Assembly: GCA_031362565.1 (NCBI GenBank)
Contig: JANLSU010000111.1
Location: forward strand, 1 to 64,000
DNA from: a bacterium
GTDB lineage: Bacteria; Krumholzibacteriota; Krumholzibacteriia; G020349025
DNA: 64,000 nt
Direction: 5' to 3'
Shown: one piece after another, positions 37,337 through 46,296 of the stretch
How the letters are laid out: each line of letters opens with the position of its first letter
How positions within the stretch are numbered: position 1 is the stretch's first letter
Made by a program: the position numbers and the translations under genes
Notes under the pieces: model-generated
The model's input: only the letters and a program-made list of their open reading frames with translations
What the model was told of the DNA's origin: nothing
Databases searched by the model: none

Positions 37337-39042
37337 GCGCCCATCTGGAACGACGCCCGGGCGACCGGCTCGTGATCCTGCTCGTGGTGCCGACGTTTCC
37401 GCCCGACCAATGCGGCGTCGGGGACTACACCTACCAACTGGCGCTGCACCTGCATCAGGTCGGGCATCGCGTCGTGCTGCTGAGTACCCAGCGGCAGGCG
37501 CCGCCGTCCGTGCCGGTGCCGTTCGATTTCCGGCCGCTCATCGCCAATTGGCACTTCCCGGACATGAAAACGGTGCTGGATGTGGCGCTCGAAGTGCGGC
37601 CCGATGTGGTTCACATTCAGTATCACAACGAGGACTACGACTCGGTCGAAATGATCTCGGCTGTGCCGCTCTGCCTGCGCGAGACGCTGCCTGAAACGCT
37701 CGTCGTATCGACGCTGCACAACATTCGGTCGTTCACGTTTGCGCCGCGCCTCACCATGAGCGTATTCATGCGGTTTTCGGACTGGCTCGTGATTACCAAC
37801 GAGGCGGATCGCGAGGTCCTGCTGGCCGAGCATCCGGAGCATGCACACAAGTATTCGGTGGTGCCGGCGGCCGGCGGGTTGCCGTGTCCGGCGGGAATCC
37901 GCGCCCAGCGCGGCGAATTGCGGCGGGCATTGCGCGACCGGCTGGAGATCGGCGACGACACCTACCTCCTCGGCTATTTCGGCTTCATCAACGAGGAGAA
38001 GGGGCTGGAGTCGGTGCTGTTCGCGCTGCGTGACTTGCGGGCGAGCGGTTTCCCGGCCCATTTGCTGCTCGTCGGCGGCTTGCACTCGGACCGCGAGGCG
38101 CAGGTTTCGCCGTACCACGAAACGCTGTTGCGGGCGATCGACGACCTGGGCCTGCGCGATGCCGTGACCGCGACCGGTTACTTGGAAGCCGATGCCGCGT
38201 CGCAGCACTTGGTAGCGCTCGACCTGGCGGTGCTGCCGTTTCGCGACGGGCTCACCACCAAGCGGTCGTCGTTTCTCTCGGTCCTGAGCCACGACGTGCC
38301 GGTTCTGTCGACACGCGGACCGCACCTGCCGGCGGCGCTGCGTCATGGCGGCAATGCGTACTTGGTGCCGGTCGGCGAACCGGAACCCACCGGCAAGGCC
38401 CTGGCGCGCGCCGTGCGCGAGTTGCATGGCGATCCGGAACTGCGCGAACGGGTGCGGTCCGGCGGCCGCAAGCTCTTCGACGAGATCTTTTCGTGGGAGC
38501 CCATCGTGCGGGCGCACGAAGCCATCTACCACCACGCCCGCAGCTCGGGACGCGCGCCGGAAACCGGCCAAGTGGCGACGAAGTACAAGTCGCGCGGCGA
38601 AATGGGCATGGTGGCAACACGTTTGCGGGAACAAGGCAAGACGATCGTTCTGGCGGGCGGTTGCTTCGATCTCTTGCACGTCGGCCACATTCGTTACTTG
38701 CGCGCCGCACGCGCCCACGGCGATGTGCTGATCGTCGCCCTCAACTCCGACCGCTCGGTCCAGGCCCTCAAGGGCCAGGGGCGGCCGATCATCGGCGAGC
38801 GGGAACGCGCCGAAATTCTCTCCGAGTTCGCGTTCGTGGACTACGTCGTCGTGTTTCCGGAGGAAACCGCCGAGAATTTACTCGCCGAAATTCAACCGCA
38901 CTACTACGCCAAGGGCACCGACTACGCCAATCAAACCGTGCCCGGGACGGCGCGCTTCCTCGAGCGCGGCGGCAGAATGCTCTTCGTCGGCGACGAGAAG
39001 ACCCGTTCGTCGTCGGCCTACGTGGCGCGGCTCGAGGGGTAG
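37333..39042 (+). CDS. GT4 glycosyltransferase fused to an RfaE-II/HldE-type nucleotidyltransferase
   Basis: CGVGDYT, YFGFINEEKG, FSW; then GGCFDLLHVGH, LNSDRSV, KGQGRP and KGTDY. Confidence 0.88.
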   Translation: MSAHLERRPGDRLVILLVVPTFPPDQCGVGDYTYQLALHLHQVGHRVVLLSTQRQAPPSVPVPFDFRPLIANWHFPDMKTVLDVALEVRPDVVHIQYHNEDYDSVEMISAVPLCLRETLPETLVVSTLHNIRSFTFAPRLTMSVFMRFSDWLVITNEADREVLLAEHPEHAHKYSVVPAAGGLPCPAGIRAQRGELRRALRDRLEIGDDTYLLGYFGFINEEKGLESVLFALRDLRASGFPAHLLLVGGLHSDREAQVSPYHETLLRAIDDLGLRDAVTATGYLEADAASQHLVALDLAVLPFRDGLTTKRSSFLSVLSHDVPVLSTRGPHLPAALRHGGNAYLVPVGEPEPTGKALARAVRELHGDPELRERVRSGGRKLFDEIFSWEPIVRAHEAIYHHARSSGRAPETGQVATKYKSRGEMGMVATRLREQGKTIVLAGGCFDLLHVGHIRYLRAARAHGDVLIVALNSDRSVQALKGQGRPIIGERERAEILSEFAFVDYVVVFPEETAENLLAEIQPHYYAKGTDYANQTVPGTARFLERGGRMLFVGDEKTRSSSAYVARLEG

Positions 39043-39075
39043 AACGCCGGCCGCGGAAATCTACGAACCGGATCA

Positions 39076-39405
39076 CTACGCTGCGAACATTTCACCAAGG
39101 ATGGTCAAGACCTGCTCGGCCGTCTTTTGGTCGAGACGGCCGACCTTCTTGACCAAACGCGACATGTCGACGTTGCGAATTTGGTCGAGAACGATTTGTC
39201 CAACTCGGCCCTTGAATTTGCAATGGATTCGCGTTGGATACGGGCGCCCCTTGGTCGTCATTGGAGCGACTATGATCGTGTGGATATGGTGATTCATCTC
39301 GTCGGGAGATATGACGAGACACGGTCGAGCTTTCTTGATCTGTGAACCGACCGTTGGATCGAGATTGACGAGATAGACCTCGAATCGATTGACTACCACT
39401 CCCAC
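39076..39405 (-). CDS. mazF: PemK/MazF family endoribonuclease toxin
   Basis: VNLDPTVGS, RPCLVIS, APMTT and DQIR; GTG start overlapping the antitoxin. Confidence 0.93.
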   Translation of the reverse strand: MGVVVNRFEVYLVNLDPTVGSQIKKARPCLVISPDEMNHHIHTIIVAPMTTKGRPYPTRIHCKFKGRVGQIVLDQIRNVDMSRLVKKVGRLDQKTAEQVLTILGEMFAA

Positions 39406-39647
39406 TCGTCCTTTTCCCATTGAGTCAGCGATGGTCGATTCCCATCGACTAGCGCGTCATCCCCGCAGGCCCCCATGCGCTCGAAGGCGTCGGCCCAGTC
39501 CGATCGTGGGCGCTCCGTCGGGCGAATGATCAGGCAATTGCCCTCGACGTCGAGCTCGACCTCACCGCTCAAGCCGGTTTGCTCGATCAGTGGCTTCGGG
39601 ATGCGAATTCCCTGGGAGTTACCGATTCGGACGATCCTGCTCTTCAA
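39393..39647 (-). CDS. mazE: AbrB/MazE family antitoxin
   Basis: IVRIGNSQGIRIPK and acidic C-terminus WEKDEWEW. Confidence 0.93.
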   Translation of the reverse strand: MKSRIVRIGNSQGIRIPKPLIEQTGLSGEVELDVEGNCLIIRPTERPRSDWADAFERMGACGDDALVDGNRPSLTQWEKDEWEW

Positions 39648-39672
39648 TCTGCACCTCCAGAAGTGTGCCTAC

Positions 39673-39702
39673 ATTGTAGCTACTTTGGCTTGGCCGGCCA
39701 AG
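39673..39702 (-). promoter_or_regulatory. mazEF promoter with overlapping palindromes
   Basis: TTGGCC-N17-TACAAT; palindromes GTAGCTAC (39676-39683) and CTTGGCCGGCCAAG (39689-39702). Confidence 0.65.
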
Positions 39703-39816
39703 ACCCTACTATCCATCCAGGGCCCCAGCTCGGATTCGCACCAAGAGCGAGCGGAGGCGGCGATCGGGCCGGGAACCTTCACACCCCGGTTCGCATTGCG
39801 GGGACGGAGGTGTGGC

Positions 39817-41190
39817 ATGAGTGATCGAGTCCCGACGCGCATCGTGATCTTGGGTGGAGGCTTCGGCGGCATCTATGCGGCGCTCGAGCTGGAGAAGCTG
39901 CTTCGCGAGGAACGCAATCGCGACCTCGAGGTGACGCTCGTCAACCGCGAGAATTTCTTTCTGTTCACGCCCATGCTGCACGAGGTGGCGGCGAGTGATC
40001 TTGATGTCACGCACATCGTGAACCCGGTGCGGAAGCTGTTGCGGCGGGTCAAGTTCTTCGAAGGTGACATCCGGAGCGTCGACCTCGCGGCGCACGAGGT
40101 CGTCGTGTCGCATGGCTCGGACATCCACCAACATGCGTTGCCGTACGACAACTTGGTGCTCGGACTGGGGTCGGTGACGAATTTCTTCGGCATCCCGGGA
40201 CTCGAGTCCACAGCGCTCACCATGAAGTCGCTTGGCGACGCCATTCACATGCGCAACCGGCTCATCGCTTGCTTGGAGGAAGCCGACCTCGAATGCTGCT
40301 CGACGCGCCGGCAGGAACTCTTGACGGTGGTCGTTGCGGGCGGTGGTTTTGCGGGCGTCGAGACGCTGGCTGGCATCAATGATTTCGTGCGCGAAGCGCT
40401 GCCTCACTATCCCAACCTACATGCAGACCAACTCCGCATGGTGCTCGTCCATCCCGGCGAAGTGATTCTGCCGGAACTCGGGCCCAAGCTCGGCGCCTAT
40501 GCACAAGGCAAGCTCGCGGCGCGTGGCGTCGAAATCCGTTTGAAGACCAAGGTGGCGGGAGTCGAGGACGGTTTGGTGACTCTGACGGATGGCACGCAGA
40601 TGGCAGCACACACGGTCGTGTGGACGGCCGGCACGTCGGCGCATCCGCTCCTGCAGGAAATCCCCTGTGCCAAGGAGCGTGGCCGGTTGCGTGTCGATTC
40701 GTTCTTGCAGGTCGAAGGGACGCCGGGCGTCTGGGCGCTCGGCGATTGCGCCCTCGTGCCCGATGCGAAGAACGGCGGCTACTATCCGCCGACGGCGCAG
40801 CACGCCGTGCGCCAAGGCAAGGTGCTGGCGCGCAATCTCCTGGCAACCGTGCGCCACGAGCCGCTCGAGCCGTTTCGATTTCGCACCATCGGCCAGCTCG
40901 CGGCGATTGGCCGGCGCACGGGCGTCGCACAGGTCTTCGGAGTGCAGTTCTCCGGCTTCCTCGCCTGGTGGATGTGGCGCACGATCTATCTCTCGAAGTT
41001 GCCGCGTTTCGAAAAGAAACTGCGCGTGGCGCTCGACTGGACCCTCGATCTCTTCTTTGCGAAGGACTTCGTGCAATTCTCGACCAGCCGGAGCCGGGCC
41101 GAGGGCGCTCCGGCTCTTGGCGCCATGCCGGTCGTCCCGGTGGTGCCCGTGCCGGTCGTGCGTTCTCCGGAGCAAGAGGCTGCAGCGTAG
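39817..41190 (+). CDS. ndh: Type II NADH dehydrogenase-like FAD oxidoreductase
   Basis: ILGGGFGG, FTPMLHEVA, VAGGGFAGVE, WALGDCA and PTAQHA. Confidence 0.9.
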   Translation: MSDRVPTRIVILGGGFGGIYAALELEKLLREERNRDLEVTLVNRENFFLFTPMLHEVAASDLDVTHIVNPVRKLLRRVKFFEGDIRSVDLAAHEVVVSHGSDIHQHALPYDNLVLGLGSVTNFFGIPGLESTALTMKSLGDAIHMRNRLIACLEEADLECCSTRRQELLTVVVAGGGFAGVETLAGINDFVREALPHYPNLHADQLRMVLVHPGEVILPELGPKLGAYAQGKLAARGVEIRLKTKVAGVEDGLVTLTDGTQMAAHTVVWTAGTSAHPLLQEIPCAKERGRLRVDSFLQVEGTPGVWALGDCALVPDAKNGGYYPPTAQHAVRQGKVLARNLLATVRHEPLEPFRFRTIGQLAAIGRRTGVAQVFGVQFSGFLAWWMWRTIYLSKLPRFEKKLRVALDWTLDLFFAKDFVQFSTSRSRAEGAPALGAMPVVPVVPVPVVRSPEQEAAA

Positions 41191-41520
41191 CCCCGGACCG
41201 CCGCGAGGTCGGCGCAGCCGGCGCCCGGTGTCAACTCCCGCGACAGACGTCCGTCATTCCCGTCGACGAATGCCCCCGGCACGCCGCCCGAAAAACACCG
41301 GAGTAGAGCGGTTATTCACCAAACTCCGCGGTGGCCCATGGTTTGCGAAAGCAGTCTCGACCGTCGAACCCCCGGCGCCGTCGAGCGCCGCGGTGTTGTT
41401 TGAAAAAACAAAACGCCCGGGGGCACAGACGTTTTGCAACGGGGCCTCTGAGGGTTGCGACACGAGTCGGGCCCTCGGAGGATCCCTGTTTCAACCTGTG
41501 CGCCTCGCCGATCGTGCGGA

Positions 41521-41750
41521 GCGCAGACGTTTTCCATCCGACGGCCTTGGACGGGGTGGCGGTGCACGCCAAGCGGAGCCAGGAGCACTGTCTCGACGTT
41601 ATCCGTCCCCTGTCGCCGAATGCCGCAGCGCAGACGTTTTCAATCCGACGACCTTGGACGGGGTGGCGGTGCACGCCAACCGGAGCCAGGAGCACTGTCC
41701 CGACGTTATCCGTCCCGTGTCGACGGAGTGCCGCAGCGCAGACGTTTTCC
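41521..41750. repeat. Intergenic tandem repeat, two ~107-108-bp units plus the start of a third
   Basis: Units start with GCGCAGACGTTTT at 41521, 41628 and 41736; units 1 and 2 are nearly identical; variant GCACAGACGTTTT at 41423. Confidence 0.9.
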
Positions 41751-41804
41751 GTTGCGAGGCTCGCTGCCGCGGCGCCGGGCCGCCGCACTCCACGGTGCAC
41801 AGAT

Positions 41805-42698
41805 TTACCGGGCGGTTTCTGCGAGTCGGGCGATGCGGTCGCCGAGGCTTCGGAAGCCGAACTCTTGGATGGCGTGCTGTGCCGTTTCGGGGGTGAAGGC
41901 CGGGAAGCGGGCGGCTTCGAGGTCGAGCGTGACGGGTGCGTCGGTGCGCAACGTGACCAACCGGCGTGACAAGTCGGCCGATTCGCGGCCGTCGGCGAGC
42001 GCATTGCGGGCTCGAGTGTTGGTGATCTGATCGAGGTGCGTGTAGATCGCGTCCAACGATTCGTAGCGCTGCAGCAACTCGGTCGCAGTTTTCTTGCCGA
42101 TGCCCGCGACGCCGGGAATTTCGTCCGAGGCGTCGCCGACGAGTGCTTTCCAATCGCGGATCTTGGTGGGCGGCACGCCGTAGCGCGCTACGACAGCGGC
42201 TTCGTCGTAGACGACGGGCTCCGCAAATGTCTTGCCAGGGGTGACGATACGGACGCCTGGGGCGACGAGTTGCAGGACGTCGAAGTCGCCGCTCAGGACA
42301 TCGACGTTGCAGCCGTGCGCTTGGCCTTGGCGCGTCAACGTCGCGAGTAAATCGTCGGCCTCGAAGCCGTCGCGTTCGAAGACCGGCACGCCGAGGCGTG
42401 CGAGAAGCGTGCGCAAACGCGCCACTTGCGGTTCCAAGTCCTCGGGTCCCGCGGTGCGCGAGGCTTTGTAGGCGGGGAAGAGCGCGGTGCGAAACGGCTC
42501 GCCCAGGTCGAACGTCACCGCGACGTGGGTCGGCTGGCGGTCCTGGACCACTCGCACGAGAATATTCATGAAGCCGTAGAACGAATGCGCCGGCTCGCCG
42601 GTGGCGAAGCGCACCGTGTCGGGAATGGCGTAGTAGGCGCGGAATGCCACCGAGTGCCCATCGACGAGCATCAGGAGCGGGGCCGTAACGTTCGACAT
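41805..42698 (-). CDS. Stand-alone 5'-3' exonuclease / flap endonuclease (PolA N-terminal-like)
   Basis: LVDGHSVAFRAYY, YKASR, FEADD, SGDFD and LVGDASDEIPGVAGIGKKTA; no polymerase domain. Confidence 0.92.
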   Translation of the reverse strand: MSNVTAPLLMLVDGHSVAFRAYYAIPDTVRFATGEPAHSFYGFMNILVRVVQDRQPTHVAVTFDLGEPFRTALFPAYKASRTAGPEDLEPQVARLRTLLARLGVPVFERDGFEADDLLATLTRQGQAHGCNVDVLSGDFDVLQLVAPGVRIVTPGKTFAEPVVYDEAAVVARYGVPPTKIRDWKALVGDASDEIPGVAGIGKKTATELLQRYESLDAIYTHLDQITNTRARNALADGRESADLSRRLVTLRTDAPVTLDLEAARFPAFTPETAQHAIQEFGFRSLGDRIARLAETAR

Positions 42699-42893
42699 GC
42701 CCGCACCATACCCGATTGGAGCGGGGGCGCGGGGTGGCGTCGCGTCGCGGCGAGCTGCGCGTCGGGGCGGCGGCTCTTGCGTCCTGCCCTGGGCATTCCT
42801 ATAGTCGAGGACGAGATTCGAGACCGGGTCGCAATCCGCGGCTCACTGCCCGCGTCCGTCGTTCGTTCGAGCCGCCCACGGAGGTCCGTCCCA

Positions 42894-43328
42894 ATGCCTT
42901 ACGATCCCAAAATGGTGCAGCCCATGCGCGAGGAACTGACTCGCATCGGCGTTCAGGAACTACTGACCCCGGCCGATGTCGACGCCTTCATGGGCCAAAA
43001 GACCGGCACCACCCTCATCGTCGTCAATTCCGTTTGCGGTTGCGCCGCGGGCACGGCGCGCCCGGGTGTGCGCCTGGCGCTCGAAAGTGACGTCAAGCCG
43101 GATCGCGTTGCGACGGTGTTCGCCGGGCAGGATCTCGACGCCGTGGCGAAGGTGCGTGGCTACTTCGGCCAGTTCCCGCCGAGCAGCCCCTCGATGGCGC
43201 TCTTCAAGGACGGCCAGGTCGTGCACTTCGTGCCGCGGCATGTCATCGAAGGCCGCGATGCGGTCGGCGTCGCGAACCATTTGGTCGAAGCCTTCCAGAA
43301 GCATTGCGTACCGGCTGGGGCCAAGTGA
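42894..43328 (+). CDS. Bacilliredoxin, BrxA/BrxB (YphP) family
   Basis: VQPMREEL, NSVCGCAAG, TVFAGQD and PPSSPSMALFKDG. Confidence 0.93.
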   Translation: MPYDPKMVQPMREELTRIGVQELLTPADVDAFMGQKTGTTLIVVNSVCGCAAGTARPGVRLALESDVKPDRVATVFAGQDLDAVAKVRGYFGQFPPSSPSMALFKDGQVVHFVPRHVIEGRDAVGVANHLVEAFQKHCVPAGAK

Positions 43329-43612
43329 GCCATCGCACTTTCCATCACGACCGTCACGAGCTGCACGGCATCACCGTCGTCGTCGACACGAGCGGCCCCG
43401 AAGTGTGGGTCGGCCGCTGCGACGACATCGACGCGGAATCGGTCATCCTGCTCGATGCCGCTATGCACCAGGATGGCGAAGGCGGCCACTCGAAGACGGA
43501 CTGGGTCAAGCAAGCCGCTTTGTACGGCGTGTGGAAGAAGCACGACCGGGTGCAGCTGCCGCGCGCGCAGGTTGCATCCGTGGTGCGCCTCTGCGACGTG
43601 CCGACCACCTGA
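43325..43612 (+). CDS. Small hypothetical protein
   Basis: GTGA overlap with the brx gene; protein-like sequence (LHGITVVVDT...WVGRCD); followed by a hairpin. Confidence 0.7.
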   Translation: MSHRTFHHDRHELHGITVVVDTSGPEVWVGRCDDIDAESVILLDAAMHQDGEGGHSKTDWVKQAALYGVWKKHDRVQLPRAQVASVVRLCDVPTT

Positions 43613-43639
43613 CAGCACCGCAATAGAGCCTCGAAACGA

Positions 43640-43668
43640 CGACGCGCCGGCTCGCACCCGGCGCGTCG
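43640..43668. terminator. Hairpin between convergent genes
   Basis: CGACGCGCCGG-7 nt-CCGGCGCGTCG. Confidence 0.6.
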
Positions 43669-43716
43669 CGCTTTCCATCCGTTCGCTGGTCGCTTGCGGC
43701 TCGCAACTGCTCCAGG

Positions 43717-44310
43717 CTACTTCACCTGCTTCGCCTTCCACGACCGGTACACCATGTTGACGCCGATGAGGACGATGAACGCCGGCCACCAGTCCTCCAG
43801 CCAATCGAGACGGAAGTCGACGTCGAAGCGCGTGTTGAGCAGGATCATGATGCCGAGCACCGTGATGACGATACCGCCGACGAGCGAACTGCGGCCCGAC
43901 GGCAGCTTGAAGTCTTCCGGCATCGGCGCCGGGCTCAAGCCCGCGAGTGCCTGGTTGTAGAGCGAGGCGCGCCGCGCCGCGTCGATCAATTGGTAGAAGA
44001 AGAAGAAACCGAGACCGACGCCCAGCAACGGTTCGAGCCCGCGGCCATGCCGGCCATTCGCGAGGGCGGCAATGGTGCACGCGAAAATTCCCGCATGCAC
44101 GAAACCACGCTGGTAGTAACCGATGTAAATCTGCCCGAGCCCGGGCATGAACGACAACAGCGCGGCCAAGAGCGGACTCTTGCGGCGCGAGTTCACCCAG
44201 CGTGGATCCCAGGCCGGCGGCACGGCGCCCGGCGCGCCGAATCCTGCGGTGCCTGGTGCACCTTGGGGAGCGTCCGTCCCCATGGAGTGCGCTTCCTCTT
44301 GAGACGTCAT
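43717..44310 (-). CDS. Membrane protein (TM2/DUF5683-like plus LiaF/DUF5668-like)
   Basis: KSPLLAALLSFMPGLGQIYIG; C-terminal WWPAFIVLIG. Confidence 0.75.
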   Translation of the reverse strand: MTSQEEAHSMGTDAPQGAPGTAGFGAPGAVPPAWDPRWVNSRRKSPLLAALLSFMPGLGQIYIGYYQRGFVHAGIFACTIAALANGRHGRGLEPLLGVGLGFFFFYQLIDAARRASLYNQALAGLSPAPMPEDFKLPSGRSSLVGGIVITVLGIMILLNTRFDVDFRLDWLEDWWPAFIVLIGVNMVYRSWKAKQVK

Positions 44311-44417
44311 GAGCTTCTCTCCCAGTGATCTTCAGCGGACTCGCGTCGCGCGAGCGTCCTTCGCTCGCAGTGGACACGCACCGAGTGCGTGCCGGGTTCC
44401 GTTGCCCGGTGCCCCGC

Positions 44418-45377
44418 TTACGGCGGCGGAGCAGGGTTCGATGTCTCGACGCCCGTCCAACTGCTCCACAGGGCGCGCACATCGCTGCCGATGCCATGCA
44501 AGGCCAAGGTGGTGCCGGCGAAGTTGTGATCGCCGAGGGATTGCTGCAGAACTCCCCAATGGATCTGGAAGCTGCCATACGCTTCGTGCATCCCCGGGTG
44601 ATGGTCGGCGAATGAACTCGCTTGGTCGCGGCCGCCGCCGGCGACGCGTCCCGCGGTTTCGTCCCAGGCGCGTTGCCCGAGCGCCCCGACGCCGCTGTGC
44701 AAGGCCCGAAGCTGGGCGCCGGCGTCACGCGCCGCGGCGCGCGGATCGACTTGCACGAGGGCGAGGGCGCGCGCCGGCACATTGCGAAACGGCGACGCCG
44801 ACGTGCCGCACAGAGCAACGATCAAGAGCAGGGCGACGTAGGCTGCTTCCCAGGCGAAACGCGGCCGCACGACCATGCGGCGCCACCACGTTTCGACCGT
44901 ATCGCGCCAACCGGGTTCTGCCGTCTGGCGCGCCCCCGACGTGGCTTCGACGACGGCGCGGGTGAATTCCGCGCCTGGGTCGAGGGCCGCCATTTGCGGC
45001 AATTCCAGTGTCAGAACGACGAGAGCGCCGTGCAGCGCCGTGCAACGCTCGCAGTGCTCGACATGCGACTGCACGAGCTCGGCCAAGAGCGGCTCCAAGG
45101 CGTGATCCACGAACTCGGGCAAGAGTCCCACGGCACGTTCGCATCCCGAGCCGCTCGTGCGCTCGAGGATGGCACCCGCCAGCTCACGCGGCGCGGCCTG
45201 TGTTCGTGCCTCTGCGTCCGCTGCCGGCAGAACACCGAGCGCTTCGTGCAGCGCGCCGACGAGCGCGGCGCACTGCGCGCAGCCCGCCAGGTGCGACTCG
45301 GCAGCACGCTGCTCGACATCCGAGAGCTGGTGCTCCAGGTAGTCGGTGAGCCGGTCTTCGAAGCGTTCACAGTTCAC
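44418..45377 (-). CDS. Membrane anti-sigma factor with two zf-HC2 modules
   Basis: HLAGCAQC and HVEHCERC, then a TM helix; GTGA overlap with the sigma gene. Confidence 0.85.
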   Translation of the reverse strand: MNCERFEDRLTDYLEHQLSDVEQRAAESHLAGCAQCAALVGALHEALGVLPAADAEARTQAAPRELAGAILERTSGSGCERAVGLLPEFVDHALEPLLAELVQSHVEHCERCTALHGALVVLTLELPQMAALDPGAEFTRAVVEATSGARQTAEPGWRDTVETWWRRMVVRPRFAWEAAYVALLLIVALCGTSASPFRNVPARALALVQVDPRAAARDAGAQLRALHSGVGALGQRAWDETAGRVAGGGRDQASSFADHHPGMHEAYGSFQIHWGVLQQSLGDHNFAGTTLALHGIGSDVRALWSSWTGVETSNPAPPP

Positions 45378-45976
45378 GACTGCGTCTCCGATTGCGGTGC
45401 CGCGGCTTCGGGCAATGTGCCGCCCGACAGTGCCAGTACCTTGCGCGCCAATTCGATGCGGGCGCGGTTCGATCGTGACTTGACCGTGCCGATCGGGACA
45501 TCGAGCATGGTGGCGATTTCTTCCAGGCTCAGCTCTTGAATGTCTTTCAGCAGAATGATTTCCCGCGACAGTTCCGAGAGCTGCTGCAGCGCCAGGTGCA
45601 CGAGCCGGCGCCGCGCGTTCGAGTGCAACGCTTCGTCCGGGCGCGGCGTTTTCGACGCCAAGCTCACCATGTCTTCGGCCGGCACGTCGCGGGCGGGTGG
45701 GCGTGCCTTGCGCCGTCGCAAGTGGTCGATGCAGGCGTTGCGCGCGATCCGAATCGTCCACGGGACGAAATGTTTTTCTTCGGTGCAGGCGTCCAGATTG
45801 CGGTAGATGCGCACGAAGACGTCCTGCGTCACATCCTGCGCGTCCTCGACATCACCGACGTAATGCAGCACGAGCCCGTGCAGCCGCGATTGGTGCTGGC
45901 GCACGATGCGCTCCCAGGCGAGTTCATCGCCCTGCCGGCAGCGCTCAAGGAGAGAGGCGAGGTCCATCGCGTGCAT
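45374..45976 (-). CDS. ECF RNA polymerase sigma factor
   Basis: DAQDVTQDVF, WTIRIARNACID and EEIATMLDVPIGTVKSR. Start 45976 or 45967. Confidence 0.95.
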   Translation of the reverse strand: MHAMDLASLLERCRQGDELAWERIVRQHQSRLHGLVLHYVGDVEDAQDVTQDVFVRIYRNLDACTEEKHFVPWTIRIARNACIDHLRRRKARPPARDVPAEDMVSLASKTPRPDEALHSNARRRLVHLALQQLSELSREIILLKDIQELSLEEIATMLDVPIGTVKSRSNRARIELARKVLALSGGTLPEAAAPQSETQS

Positions 45977-46296
45977 CCCAGGGAACGGTCTCGAAGGTTT
46001 CGTCTGGATCCGACGCCTCCGAGGTTTGCACTCCCTCAAGCGCCCTGTCGACCTCCAAACGCATCCCAGGCTCCCGGGGTTCGGTCAGTCGCCGGAGGCC
46101 CGTCCCGGGCCTCCGGCTTTCGTCGGCGTTGGGGGGGCGTGAGTAGCCGCGGTGGCGAGGACGGCGATCGGGAGCGAAGGGTGCCTGGACGGTCGACGGG
46201 GGGCGCCCCCCCGGCCCCCGGGCTTGGCTCCCTCCCACCCGCCGCCCCATACTCCGCCCCTCGGTTCCGCCCAAGCTCCACAGGAGGCATCCGCCC

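Noticed and set aside
41423..41750. CRISPR array
   Set aside because: The anchor is only 13 nt, the intervening sequences are ~85-95 nt and two are near-identical, and there are no cas genes.
41254..42153. ORFs across the tandem repeat
   Set aside because: The same peptide reappears in different frames because the period is 107 nt; no protein-like features.
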